From: Hormiphora californensis
Lineage: Eukaryota; Animalia; Ctenophora
DNA length: 64,000 nt
Reading direction: 5' to 3'
Assembly (NCBI GenBank): GCA_020137815.1
Contig: CM035351.1
Location: 7,378,001-7,442,000 of the forward strand
The notes under the pieces were generated by a model. That model was not told the DNA's origin. It made no database searches and saw nothing but the letters and a program-made list of their open reading frames with translations. A program made the position numbers and the translations under genes. Positions 1-22,567 of the stretch are shown one piece after another. How positions within the stretch are numbered: position 1 is the stretch's first letter; each line of letters starts with the position of its first letter.

Positions 1-558
1 AATGCCACACCATGGATTGACTTGTTACCTTGGCAATCAGAGAATTGGTTGTAAAATGCGCCTTTTTTCTATTTTTTTGGTCTATTTACTCAGTTTTAGC
101 CATCTATATTGCTTGAATAGGATAATTATGAAAGCAGGTTGTCTATGGTTACCATAGAAACGAGTATAAAGGCGCCATGAGGCCAATTTGTATTAACCAA
201 TTTGCCCCATGGGGCAATTTGGTCTAGTCCAAATTGCCCCCGATTTTTTCGTCCGAATTGCCCCAAATTGTCCGAATTGCCCCGCTTCATTAAAATGCCA
301 ATTAGCTAATTAAATCGAAAGCTAATGTCATTTTGATGATGAAACTGGATAGAAAAGTATCATATTATGAAATTCTGACCCTTAATTTAAATAATTATCA
401 TAATCAAGTTTACCGAAATAAAGTTTAACTTTAAAGTCGTCATTTTTCGTTATTTCACACTAAACACCACAATTTAAAAGTCCCATATAAATCACTAGTC
501 CACATTGCCCCGTCCTGTGACCACATTGCCCCACCGTCCAAATTACCCCGGTCTACCC
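1..558. mobile_element. Right part of a non-autonomous DNA transposon (pogo/Tc1-mariner-type MITE)
   Basis: Ends ...aattaccccggtctaccc followed by TA. Many subterminal ttgcccc/ggggcaa motifs at 200-290 and 500-550. Left end lies outside the window. Confidence 0.5.
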
Positions 559-790
559 TATACGTTTTATGGGTGTTGGGTTGAATAAGCCGGATTATAG
601 CGTGGCTCTCTTTCATCCGTTTGGCTTGACATTTGGAATGTATACCCGGCTTGGTGTCTTTGACTCATGTTAAATGAGTCATCAGTATGACGTAGTAACG
701 TCGCGACGTCGCGTAATGACGTCAAAAGTGAAATTTTCGTAGTTTCGCGATTCAATCATCTCTTTACCAGTTCTACTACATCTGCCGGGA

Positions 791-1208
791 TACAATACAC
801 CAAAAATTATACAAATTATCCCAAAACTAATTGAAATTAGCTAGTAAGCCGGAAAGGTTGCCCTATTATTTGAGCTACTTTTGACAGCTTTACACGGTCG
901 CTTGTAGTGGGAAAACGGTAATGGAAAACGAAGATACAGTAAGACGACGCGCAACCGTGACCAATCAGGGCGCTAGTACGTGCTGACACATGAACTTTTT
1001 GCCGCGCGTTATGCACCGTGTGCGTCTCCTTACTGTATTTTGCGTTACCGTATTTTGACTGCAAGCAGCACTGTAACATTCACTGAACACATTATACGTA
1101 GCATCTGTACCCTGTCTGTATCCAAATAATAGGGCAACCAGCAACCTTTCCGGCCTACTAATTTCAATTAGTTTTGGTATGATATGTATTACATATTGCG
1201 TGTTTGTA
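791..1208. mobile_element. Foldback/MITE-like element with ~85-bp imperfect inverted arms
   Basis: 791-873 (ccaaaactaattgaaattag...gccggaaaggttgccctattatttg) is the reverse complement of 1122-1208 (caaataatagggcaacc...cctttccggcc..ctaatttcaattagttttgg). Confidence 0.6.
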
Positions 1209-2153
1209 ATCTTGACCACCAAATTATAAGCTGTATAAGCTACATAATATGAACATTTGCATTTTATCTGAACATCCGTTTCAGGCCGACTACCGCGGGG
1301 GAAACCGCCATGGACCCGACCACATCATCAATGATCAAAGTCCGAGAAAAGAAATCAAGAAAGTCGGCCAAGAAGAAGGGAGCATGATGAAATGAGGGCT
1401 TAGGACTCGATAAATTCATTCAGCTCATATAACAAGTTGTGCCTAGATTTTCTTGCCGTCGGTTCTCTTTTATTGATAAATGCATATGCTAGATCTTTGA
1501 GCATTGCTAATATGACCTACACGGGAAGCAATAATGAAAACATATTTTAGTGCTGGGATAATGATGTGAAAGGTGTTCTACTCATATCCGATAAAATAAT
1601 AACGTGTATCATGTTTGAAAACGAAAATGCATTAAATGGATAGCATATAAGTATGTATCTCTATTTAAATAATATGTATTTATCATCCACTTTCGAGTTT
1701 TCTAGATCAATCACCATAAATAGGTTTTCATTCATCAGCAAATAAAACATAGACTAAGAACATTTATATGGGTTAATCATAATGTCAATTGTTAAAAGTG
1801 TCCTATATCGTCACGCAATGTGAATGCAACTATGATAAAATAAAATCTACGGTTAAAACAAGGAAGTGAAACTAGAGGGTTCTGTACAGAGTTTCTCTTT
1901 ACTAATCCAATATCACTTCATTTTCTAATACCAGTTTAATCTATCTGGATAGCTTTTCGGTCGATAGACTGTTCGGCATGTCTTGTACTGCTGCAGAGAT
2001 TTGTGTAGCCCACACATGGTTCGGCAAGCAGGGATTGATGAAGACTGTGCAGTATCACATCCCCGTCGTGGTGTCAACCGTCTAAATGGTGGGAAACAGC
2101 TGTGTTAATAGTTGTATTGATAATATGTTTACTTACTTGTGTTGAACACACAT

Positions 2154-4171
2154 TCATTCTCGAAATTTAATATTGCCAACATTATAACAACTAACCGGTC
2201 GATGAATTGCACTTTTACTGCTCCGGAGCTGCTTTATTTGAATTTTGTAGAGATACTGATTCACCTGAAAGAAGCATATAGATTTCACGGAGGAGTAATT
2301 TCATTACCAAAAAGAATTCGAACTATACAATTAATGGCGAGACAACATTTCACAATTTTACTGTTTGACATCGCGACTAGTAACTTGTAACCCCGTCAGA
2401 GCATTGGCATATTCTAATAAAGCACTGCATATATATTTTAAGAAAGCACTACGAATAGCTGAATTAATTACCTGTTTTCGAAATTGTTCTTTACGGAAGG
2501 CATACACCATGGGATTGGTGACTGATGGGAGAAGATGGGCGAACATGGCCCACTTTACCATATCTTGCGTAATAATGAAGGGCAGTCTGACACGAGAACC
2601 CACCTGCAAAAATTATCAAATTAGTTTTCTGTTTAAGGAGTTGGTTATCTTTGGTAAACTAGATTGTAAGCTAAAATTGGGCAAAGTAATCTACCCTGAG
2701 GAGAATGTCAAGAAGAGTTGAAGGGAACCAGCTGGTAAGGTAGAAGCCCATCACAATGAACATTGTGATCACAGTTTTCGTCTCGGCACGCAGTCTAGCC
2801 TGTTCAATTATTTTTGTATGGTTAAGCACTGTCTTGGGTACTGTATCTCATTTCGCAATGTGTCTGTAAAACTAGTCAAGTTTATCAAAATTCAAGATTT
2901 ACCCGCCGGAAGTGTGAGTTTTTCTGTAGAGGTCCGACCGAGCGGTTTCTTATCGTCATGAAGATGAGGCTGTAGCACACACCAATAATCAATAGTTGAG
3001 CAAACCGGAAACATTGCTGAGGAAAATATCACACGTGTTAACATTTAACTAAAAAAAAACGATTTAGCAACTTACTAAAACTTAAGAATTAGAATATTTC
3101 GGCTGAACGGTGTCAGGCGTTCACACTACAATAGTATCATGATTACTTGTGTTTAATTTGTGCAAGTACGTGTAGTTTAGTTAATTTTGCAAACATACCA
3201 TCCCATAATTGATTGTGACTTTAATTGCTTCACTGGTATCTTCATAGGTGGTGAAGAAGCACATGTGGAAGTTGTAGTAGTAATTAGCACCACAGTAGTT
3301 GCTAATTAGCCCGAATGTGGCCGACATGATGAGCCACATGGCACCAAATATCAACAACATCCGCTTCTTGGACATAATAAACCTGCGGGGTCAATGTATA
3401 AAGATACAGTCCAGTAATTGTCCAACCAATTTACTGGACTCCATGGAGGAACTATTTCGGCAGGGTCGCCCGGTATATAGAAGTTCACACGGTATTTATA
3501 AAGGTGAAACATCATGATCCGTCCGGTAAATCGAGGTTTGATCACTGAATGTACAGAAACAATCCCCACAGTATGTATATTTCTCTACAGTATATCTTTA
3601 GATCTTACTTGTAGGTAAAGGGATGGTTTATGGCAAGGTATGCGTCCATGGAAACGAAAGTTAGAACAAGCATTTCCACATTGAAGGCGATGGATGTTCC
3701 AACGGCATACCCAGAACACCACCAGCTAGGGAACGGCCATTTCCCCGTGTAACTACTGTTAAATTAGATGATCATAATTTTAGATGTATGTGCCAACAAT
3801 CATTAAATCAAACACAATAATATTTAGTATTTACGGGTTTTTAGTGTACAGCGCTCAAGATCTCTTAGATTCAAAGCGGTACACCAAAAATGTACGTTAA
3901 CAGCTTACCTGTAAGCGTTCGAAGAATGGAACAACAGAGAGGAGGAAAGGTCAATGAGGGCAAGTTTGGTGATCAGTAGATTCGGAATCGTCCGAAGATT
4001 CTTAACGGAAAGAACGAGAGTTGCAGTAGCACTGTTCCCCACGAGAGAGCAGCAGATCATTATAACGACCGCCCAAAAGTAAAGGCTGTCAGGAGTTCCA
4101 TCTGATGCTGCACCACGGTGATCAGACGATGAGTTGGATCCCTCCAACAAGGAATCGGTAGTTATGTTCAT
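2154..4171 (-). CDS. Rhodopsin-like (class A) GPCR, multi-exon
   Basis: Spliced exons give TM1 'GNSAT', TM2 'NLLITKLALID', ECL1 'GKWPFPSWWC', TM3 'VSMDAYLAINHPFTY', TM6 'FYLTSWFP' and TM7 'SVTNPMVYAFRKEQFR'. The 3' end is approximate. Confidence 0.85.
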
Positions 4172-5269
4172 TCTAGAAGTTCCACTGCAGTTATCAGCTC
4201 CTGTCTGTACAATACAAAAACCACTTAAGCGTAAAGATAGGTCAAAAACATGTGAGGCATATTTAATGGTTATGATAGAGAGAAAGAGAGAGAGCAAGCC
4301 AACGCAAAACGAAAAACGCGTGAGGGTGATCGATGAATCTGACAAATTTGTAGTTTTTAGAAACAAGACCAAGTAGCTCGTTCTGGTGAACCTCTCTACT
4401 GATAAGGTACTTGTTCTTTATCTAAAAAATACTCCCACAGTCAATAGAATTCTGATCTTCCCAGAAGGCCTTTTCATCAAGCACGTGATGGCTCATTCAT
4501 CATCATCAGTGATGCCCCGGGCCCCCCCTTTCAAAGGAACATTATTCGTGTGGGACCTTACAGACGGCAGCCCAGATCGGGTGTTCACAGCCTCATACTA
4601 AATTTTTAATCAGCTTTATTCAGAGATCAAAGGCAGATAAATTAACATACCCCAACCCGCAATATTAGCAGTAGTTGTGACCTGATCTCATTAGACAAAA
4701 CTTGGCTTTTAATCTACGCAGATTAAACTACCCAACAACAGCTTGGGTGGGGGTTTGATTTGATTTTTTCAATATGGTAATGAAACAGAATATCAACAAA
4801 AAGAAACTTCGGATTTTAGTTACTCAAATGGGGTCAGCTGAACAAGATGCTGATCCATTTATTGAGAAATGGCACACAAAAGGACTGGCAGAGTAATGAA
4901 TGAGATGAGAATCAGCAATGGTGTGATTTAAACACTGTTAAATGCCTTGATCATCAGCTACAGTAGAGATGAGATTCTTGTCGAATAACTGATACCACAG
5001 AGACTGAGTAGTACCACACCTTTTATCTTGCATGACAGCTTATTAACAGAGTACAGAGTGTTCAACGAACCGAGTACCCAGGTCCCTATATATTTGTTGA
5101 GTAAGCCTACTTAACAATTATATATTTTTAAATAAATTGTTTTGATTTGCAATAATATACCACCTGAAAAAACACGCTGTTATTATCAACTGTCACTAAA
5201 TCAAGTGCTGAATACATAATATAATTCACTCTATTATATAATACAGGGGCGGTAATATTTGACCTCTGA

Positions 5270-8200
5270 TCTACAAGTGTCTCGCGAGTTCCAGAAAGCC
5301 AAACGCGTTCATATATCCGAATAAACTTGGGTGAAGAGCATGCAGATTTTGAGAAGATTGAGGGCGCTACTGAAAAAAAGGTATTTTATGAATAAAAGAT
5401 AATCGGTGTCGACAATAGCACTGTAGTAAGTCCGATAAGAAAGATAAGCCTTACACGGTTCAGTCCAGAAGTCCCTGATGTAAAATAGTAGGATTGGTGC
5501 ATGTAGATGAATTCAACTTGGTTAACCTGAAGATTAACATCAGTAACCAATACAGACAAATTATCATGATAAATTGTAAGTTCACACAAAAAGCATTAGA
5601 TACATTGTGACTCTAAAGCTTACGGATTTCTCTGAAGTTTCGAACAGGAAATTGAAGTCACATCGCTCCTTGGCGTATTCGGGTATATTCGGAGCATCTG
5701 TCGGTAGGTTTATGATGGCGGTGAAAGAATGTAGTGGCTTTTCTTTTTCTTCTAATAACGTTCCGTTTCCCAGGCCCAGGACAAACTGAGGATATTATAT
5801 TTATTATATTGCACTCTTGTGTTTACCAGTTGGAAGGAAATGATTTCAAGTGAAAGCGAAACAACAACGAACTGGCTGTGCGTCACGCATTCGTTGCGCA
5901 ATAATTACAATTACCGGTGAGATTCAAATGCGCAACGTTGCACAATGCACAGACAGTTTGTTGTTGTTTCACCTACAGTTTACTCAAATACAGTTGGACC
6001 CCGATTTACCGGAACCCCGATTTACCGGAAGGGAAAACCGTTATAGGAAATTTACAGTTAATTGGGGTCCGACTGTTATAATAACGTTACCATTAGTGTG
6101 CCATTATTTAAAGTGACGTTGAGATCCGGATAAACAGGATTATAGTAGATCCCCTCATATATCGTTAGGTTCTCACGCGGTTGCATGTACTCAACTTCTA
6201 CAGACTCAAAGGATCCATTGCATTCTTCTATCCAGGGCTTTGGGAAGGTACAGATAGAGGATGAGTTAAGCCACGGTTCCACTTCCATTAGACTGTCTAA
6301 GAAATACCTGTCAAAATGGATGTTATCGGTTATAGCTAAATTTAACTGATAATATTACTAAGGTATGTCAGATAAGATCGACACATCAGACATCAAATCT
6401 CGTAGAAGACGCCTCCCACTAAGAGTGCTCAACTGGTTACCCAAGGCATCAAATTGAAATTTTGCCTTTATTAGGCAGAGGAAAGTGGGTCATAAATTAT
6501 AAAAAAAAACCGTTGATCGCTGGGAACTCGTCCTTGTTTGGCAAATTGGCCTAGATCTGTCAGTTATATTTTTAAATCTATCTCAGGGTGGGGTTGGTAA
6601 GATTCCCATATAGGTAGTTATAATACTCACATATAGATCAGTCTTTGTATCTGGTGTGGAAGACCCAGGGCATCATATCCTGAAAGTGCAGTGAACACCC
6701 CTATCTTCTTTTCAGGAATTATGGACATTTGAGAGAACTGACCGTATGTGGATCCACCATGATTTATCATCTGATACTCTAAAAGGATCAAATTTAAGTA
6801 TTCATTATAGCAACCGATACACGAAATTATATTTAGATATGTGAAAAATGGGAGCGGTCGATTACTTAATATCTAACTTTATGCAAAATGAAAAATTATT
6901 TGTTGTGAACTAATTAATATCTAAATTTATCCAAAATGAAAATGAATTTGTTGTATGGGAGACGCAAGTGTGCTAGAAACCTCTGTAAGATGCAGCGATG
7001 TATCCCATTGCATATCCATACTGTTTCTCCGTCACAGGAAATATAGGGGTATGAATTAAACACAAATCACCAATTTGCCCATTCATGATTATCCTGGGCT
7101 CTGTTATGTTGATCAAAGTATCCCTGAAAAAGATTATCTTCTCAAAAGACCTCTTATCTGGTAAAATAATGCAAAGAAGCTGCACAGACCACCTAATTAT
7201 ACAGTTCTACCCCAGTTTTTATTACAGTTTGAGAGATTCATCGAATAGAGTTTGAGAGCTAGGGTTCATTACCGGTCAAGAATGGAGCCGGGTTCGTCGT
7301 TGTATGCATTCAATAAAGCGCCCATATATTTCGCCATATCACCAGCGGTAGAAACTATCCCTCCTGAAAAAAAGGAATGATATTCGATGGAAATTCTTTG
7401 CAGGGAGTGTTCTTGCGAATTCGGATATAGGATTGCGCCACTTGAAAAATTTTCGCACATGCTTTAGAGCATACATACGTCATACAACATTATCAGACAG
7501 GTATCTCACCTGCAGGATTGTGAAATCCAATGAATTCCATGACATATTGAGGAATGGGAAACAGTTTTGAATCTCTTCCCTCTTTGTAGGGAACGGCAAT
7601 CTTATTGCCTGACAGTTCCCTATACGCTTCATCGGATACAAACATTGTCTCAGTCATTCCCAAAGGTTCAAACATTGCCTCTCTGATCTAGGTGCGAGAT
7701 TATTTAGCTTTACAATGGACAATGAGTCAATGTATGGTTCATTTCAATTTGATTATTTCGGAGAAAAAGTACCCCACCTGGTCTTCGAATGGTTTTTCTC
7801 CTATCAGTTCCAAGAGGTATCCTATCAGAGAATACAACCAATTGTTGTAAATAAAGTTGTACCGCACACTCACCTCCTGTAAGCAACAATATACTTGTTA
7901 AAAGGATTGGGCGGTTTTCACATATTGTAGCTATGTGCTGATGCATGTGTCCGTATAGCAACTATCTCTCCCCTCCCTCTCTAAAAGACTCCTCTCCCAC
8001 TCTCCCTCCTCTTTCTCACTCTATTTCTCACTCTCCCTCTCTTGTTCACTCTCCTTTTCTCTCGCCCTCCCCTCTATTTGTTTCTCATTTAATGTGTTAA
8101 ACCTGTTCAAAGTGTGGTAAAAGCTTTGTTATCCAATAGGCTTTAGAGTAATTCCTTCCATCCACGAGGAGCCAATCATATGTCTTCAGCCCCGTCCGAT

Positions 8201-8994
8201 GGCTTAGGGCGTCTGTTATCGTCAACGAGTGATCCCTAATGAGTTTTACCGTGTTGGTCAGGGTCAGGGAGTGGGGTCAAAAACGTCACACGGCACTGAT
8301 CATTATACCTGTTTTCTCCCACAAACGAGAATTCTACACCATAGTCAGCGAACGCCTCTGAGAGTGTTTGGTCCCATCGAATCTTCCCCTCTTGCACGTA
8401 CTTGGACGCTAGGTAAGCCGTGAAACTTTTAGAAATTGACCCTATTGAAAACCTGGGTGGAAATTATCTAGTAATATCGCGGTTTTTGATTATGGAACAT
8501 TATACTGTTATCGGTGAATATACGATATAATGTGCATATATTATCATAAGCGTGCGATATTTCGTTAAGAACGTCATAAATGGCTAGATTCGGTTTCAGC
8601 CGTGAATTAAGTTCAAAGAATATACCATGATAAATACACTGCTACACAATCTATGAAAAAGGAATATCAAATGTCGCACATACCTGGTCTCATTAACAGC
8701 TGGTATCTTCTCTTCAATGTTAGCGTACCCGTATGATTTAAGGAAAGCTAATTCATCATTATTTTTAACTGCACTCACTGTGAACGAGGCTATACCTTTA
8801 TGGCATTCCTGTAACATTGTTGTGTAGGTAATCTGTAGATCAACGAATATTTAATCAAAGTTAGTTCAACAATAGGGTATACTTCTATTACCTACCTGAA
8901 CAGAATCACAAAGACCATCTAGCTTTAGGATATCATATGATGCTGATAACTGACTTCTGGTGGCTAATAGCAATAACAGGATAACACCGGGCAT
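5270..8994 (-). CDS. Secreted beta-lactamase/AmpC-family serine hydrolase, multi-exon
   Basis: Signal peptide MPGVILLLLLA, then FSIGSISK (SxxK), LSHRTGL, FIYNN (YxN), MFEPLGM, GGIVSTAGDMAKY and HGGSTYG in the expected order across GT-AG exons. The 3' end is approximate. Confidence 0.85.
5991..6075. mobile_element. 85-bp Tc1/mariner/pogo-type mini-MITE in an intron
   Basis: TIRs cagttggacccc / ggggtccgactg, TA on the left flank, internal duplicated ccccgatttaccggaa. Confidence 0.6.
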
Positions 8995-11900
8995 TTCCTA
9001 AGATCGTAGAGCTACGACCCGGTAGTTACGTGGTGGACATATGAAAATCTGCCGGAAAGGTATTGAATGGTTCAAATGTGTGAACTGGGAAAAGTATAAC
9101 AACTGTCCAGAGTCTGAAGCGCTTGGAAAACAACAATACCATTATAACAGCTGTAGTGTAAAGCATTTGGGACTGCGAATGTATAACTACGGCGAAACAT
9201 TTCGACCACATGTAAAAGCATTCACAACAACACTGCTATGTACCGCCCCCTCTCCTCCTCCTGAATGGATGAAACCTAATCGCTTTGCACAAAAGCCAGT
9301 AAAACACACTGTGCGTTTTTCACGTGCCGATGTAAGATAAAAAGCTGCGACAGAGTTTGCAATTCAGCCAAGTTGGATAGAGCAAAAACACCGCGATATT
9401 TTTATGTGCTTATTATTAATATTACATTATATATTCTTATCATGGGGCTTTGTCTAGTAATATAACATTACTTTATTGCAAGAGAAGAGGCCCTATACGT
9501 GTGCCCTTTTGCTACTACCACACAGTAATTCGCTCCCACGCCCCTTTTGTACCTGCCACCCTGCAACATTTCGAAGTCGATGTTCAACTGTGAGGACACG
9601 ATGCGACTATTGGCGAGACGAGCTGGAGAATGATAAATATTTTTTGAGGTGTTAGATCAGCAGTATGCCGTCTTATCAGTCTTCAGTAACCCTCTTCCTA
9701 GGTGTCCGTACAAAAGGAATTTTTGCCGTCACTTGGCAGCAATAATTCATATTGTATGAAAAACTGTGAGAGGGATATGAAACATGTGGAAAATGACCGG
9801 CCAGACAGGAATTTTCGCATATTCAGTGACGAAGTAGAGGAACTTTCAGGAAGATGCTGTTAAAATCACAAATGACGTCACGAGTGTAGTGCGATGAAGC
9901 AGACATTTATCCCGACGTGCGGGAGGACATGCGTCCTTTCGATCCCAAACTAAAAGAGTAACTAATTGCAGAGGTAACATCTCTCGGAGTTGTTGGTAGG
10001 TGTTGCCTCTGATCGATGATCGGATTTAACGGGAAACTTAATCAGCCAATTACATCTGGCACATGAGGATCGTACTGTTAGAGGACATACTGAAGGGATC
10101 ACATGAGATCCAGGGGGAGCTATCTAAGTGAATCAAACTGCATGGGCCGGAGCGCTACATTGCCGTGGAACTATTTAGAGACCCCAGCGGAGGAGGGATC
10201 TGCAACGGAGTAATATTGCATGGTATCTTCTGAATCTTCATTTTTAGAATTTACAAGTCTATAATTGGATACATATTGAGTGAATTGGCTGACTGTCTGG
10301 ATAGAATTAGTGCTTCAACGTGCAACTCTCATTCCAATGTCGCAGCATGCACCCAGCATGCATGAACCTTTCGAATGAACTTATTATCCTTACTCGGAAG
10401 AGTCTCTCTTCTAAAACTGAAGTTATAACAACGATAATGTTGTATTTGATGCCACCTACAAGTACCGTATAGAAGGGACACAAAGCTACCTTGACGAATT
10501 ACTAAGCTAAAATTACTAAGCTAAAATTATGAACATTTCATGGCCGTAACGGAAACAGAGCAGTATACGTGAGCAGTATAAAAACTGGCAGATTGAGGTT
10601 TATTTCTGAAATTATTGCTGTAAGGAGCTCGCTTTCATGGTGTTGACACATCGGTGTTTCTAAAATTATAAAATCGAATAATTGACAAACTGGAATGCAT
10701 GCATACCAGTTGCAACTTGGAATAAAGCAATCAGGAATAAATTATCAGTAATTTAACGTAAGACCAATGTCTTCAAGTGCTTCCCCCTCTCGCCGATGTC
10801 GGGTGGAGCATCTGCTTTTATACATGTTGTCCAGCAGGTAGTTGACATTATATCAGAGTGTTTAATAGCTTCACACCTTTCAATAGTTGATGTAATGGGT
10901 ATGCACATCAATTAAACTTTCACTTCATCAGCTATAAAGATAATATTTTATTAGGAGAGAAACTAACATGGGGTAATTGATGCTGCTTGAGTGTACAACG
11001 AGAAGCGGTAATCAAGGAGTCACACCCTTTAAAAAGATTTTATAAGATATCTTACTGGCTTTCATCAGTTGGTAGTTGACTGGTTGTTGACATGCAGTAC
11101 CTGATATATTGATAGTTACCGAGAATTTAGATATCTTGTGATAATAATCGTATCATATGACCATAAGCAGACCGTACTGTGAACTATGACGAAAAATGAT
11201 CCAAAATGACCGGAAAATGCCAATTTTGACAGGTCCAAGAAAGAGACTAAAAGGGGTGTTGGAGTGTTGTTCATTATTAGATCTGCTTAAAGAGAATGGG
11301 TGGCATCAAATTCAAACTTGGTGCCTGTCAGAGCATTGGCCTGACAGTTTGGCGCTATCTTTTGTCTATGTTTCAGGTGACGAAAACATTGTTTTTTTTC
11401 GTAATAACTTGTGTACTCGCAGGGCCATAGAATCATTTGTTGAGTAAGGGGTGGAAGAACAATTAAGAATCATGTGAATAGCCATAACCCTTCTCTATGA
11501 CTATGGAATGATATAATAGTACTTTTGGCTATTTTTGAAAACACAGTGAGGAAGGTCGCATTTCATAATTCAATCCTCAATTTGAGTAGGTACATCATTG
11601 TAATTGTATCTGATTATAGTATGCTTTTTGTTGTTGGTGATTTGGAATTGTTTTGTCGAGAATTTACATGTTTACCCGACCGCTTCTTTAGACATATAAA
11701 TTGCCGGTATTTTTCGACCCGCTCCTGTTTTGGTAGACTAAGATTTTAAAATCATTAAATTAAGCATCAAACAGTATAATGGCTGTGTATGAAAATAAAT
11801 GCAGCACAATAATTTTCAGATTTTAGAAAATTCATTCACAAGTTCTGACGATTGACACAAATTGGAATTATGAAACGATTGGAAATTGAAATTTCTTGGA

Positions 11901-13307
11901 ATTTGTAAAGTCTGACGCATCGGTTTTTATACAAATGGGGGGAAAATTTAACTGAAATTTATACTTCCCAGAAATTATTCGTTCCAGAACGAGCGTGATA
12001 TGGTCATCCGGAAATAAACCAATGATTAATATGTTGTTGTTTTTGCCTTCCACTTCCGAACATCAGCTGCTTTTTGGTCCGAAGACGAGATCAAGATTCA
12101 TAAAATAAATTATTTTATCCCAGAATGATCAGCTTCCGTCTCTGCAGGGCACGATTAGTATGTGATTCGAGGGCTAGTTATATAGGTGAATTGCTGACAT
12201 TCTGCTGCACTACAGAAGTTTCTATTCCTGACCGTGTCCTCACGGCTCACATTCCCTCATTCATTCCTAATGAGCGGACAGCTAGGTTACACTAGAGAGA
12301 GGAAGGGAGATAGAGATAGAGAGATAGAGAGAGAGGGAGAGAGAGGGGGAGATAGAGAGAAATTGAGAATGAGGAACACATATATTTCAGCTGCTCGAAA
12401 TTTACGCACGAAGCTTCCTTGCTCTCTTGCGATATATCACATCTATAGATTCTCAACCCTTTCTCTCTCCCACCTCTCTATCTCCCCTTCTCTCTCCCAC
12501 CTCTCTATCTCTCTATCTCTCTCTCTATCTCTCTATCTCTCTATCTCTCTAGTAGAGAGTCTCCACCTCTCTCCTTCTCGTAATCTTGCTGAGCTCCATG
12601 AGATGGCATTTCTGATGGGCGAGGACGTTTCCTGTCATCACACGTAGCAAGAAAAAAACGAGAGTGTACCCTAGTTGAGAGCCCTGCGCTATATCTCTAT
12701 CTCTCACTTTCTCTCCCTTTCTCTCTCTTTCTCTCTCTTTGTCTCTCTCTCTCTCCCTCTTACTCTTGCTCCCCATCTTTCTCGGAGAGGAAAGCCTCTG
12801 CATTATTCCAGTCAGTTGGTTTTTGCTTGCTGGGCGAGGTCAGCTGCCGCACACTTTTTCCACATGTAATTCCTTTTTGTTAGGGAACGAGAGATGGTAA
12901 TGAAATTGGGTCGCGGGAGGAAAAGATTTCTTGAATGAGATCAGTGAGATATAGCGAGAGAGAGAGCGAGATAGAAAGGAGAAAGGCGCCTCATTGAACA
13001 GAAACCACACGTTTGATCTCCGGTTTTTTATTGTAATTTCTTTTGTGTGGCCAACTCTATTTCCGGGACAGAGATCCATTAATTAAATTTCCCTTTTTCG
13101 TCCAATTAGTACCACGTCCCATATAACTAGAGATATACACTTGCAAAAGCAGGGAAACCGCGGTACCGTGAACCACAATCAGAAGTTAATCTAACTCTGT
13201 ATAACCACTGAAGTACCCAGCACGCCCAACAACCTACGTCAGAGGGGGGGTTTAAATTAGAGTTATCTCCCAAAATAACCAACCAACGCGGACACCCCTA
13301 AAGCTGG

Positions 13308-13400
13308 TATAAAGCCCTCCCAGTCAGTAACTCATATTGTATATTAGCTTGGTGTTCTACCCAGGACTGCTTAGAATTGTCGTCAAATAGAATTATTCCT
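13308..13400 (+). promoter_or_regulatory. Candidate TATA box and non-coding leader exon of the transgelin/calponin gene
   Basis: TATAAAG at 13308, Inr-like TCAGT/TCATATT at about 13324-13338, donor-like CCT|GTAAAT at 13401. Confidence 0.35.
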
Positions 13401-13732
13401 GTAAATGAAAACTAATTGTCCCTCCCTCACACACACACATAAAAGCACGCCAATAGGACGCAGCGGGAAGAGAAATTATTTGCGCTTTCAGTTGTTGTGT
13501 GCACTAGCCTGCTGGGTCGGATATATTTAATTTTATACCGTACCGGTGCCAGTCACCGGGGCCTGTCCTTTTCCTTCTTGCCACGTACAACATCCGCTGC
13601 TACTCTACATTTGCTTTTTGTTTCTCATTGCATTATTGTTGTCAGAAGTCATGGCGATGATCATAAATATCATGTTTTTAGATCCCTACTAACACCATGA
13701 CTTCCCCTGCAGCTACAGCTAATCTCTTAGCC

Positions 13733-22185
<8,453 letters not shown>

Positions 22186-22567
22186 ATCTTGTTAGATACA
22201 ATTAGAGACACTCACGTGATAATGGAGAACTTAATATTTGTTACATTATAAACTGTACAAACCATATCTCTCCGACAGCATTACATATATAATGCTGGTC
22301 TCTCTCGATCATAGGACTGTCGCCAGTTCTTATTTGTAATCTATAATAATTAGTAAATTTAGTTTGTATTGTGTGTTACATTGCATCTGTCCTCGTATTT
22401 CTTCACTCTTCATGTTTAATCAATCATGTTTCTTTGACACAAGTCTTGTACTTATAAATTAATCACTTTCCAATAAATGTGTATTGTTTTCGAGTCCCCC
22501 TGAAGAACTCGGAGATATACACGCGTTCATTATATATCACCATCAGTAGAAGGTATACAGGTTACAG

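Noticed and set aside
2500-2570. GPCR as an opsin (FAH…NPMVY resembles FAK…NPxxY)
   Set aside because: There is no Lys at the retinal-binding position six residues before the NP Asn.
9480-12150. Possible decayed coding or transposon sequence
   Set aside because: I could not establish a recognisable motif, TIR pair or TSD by eye.
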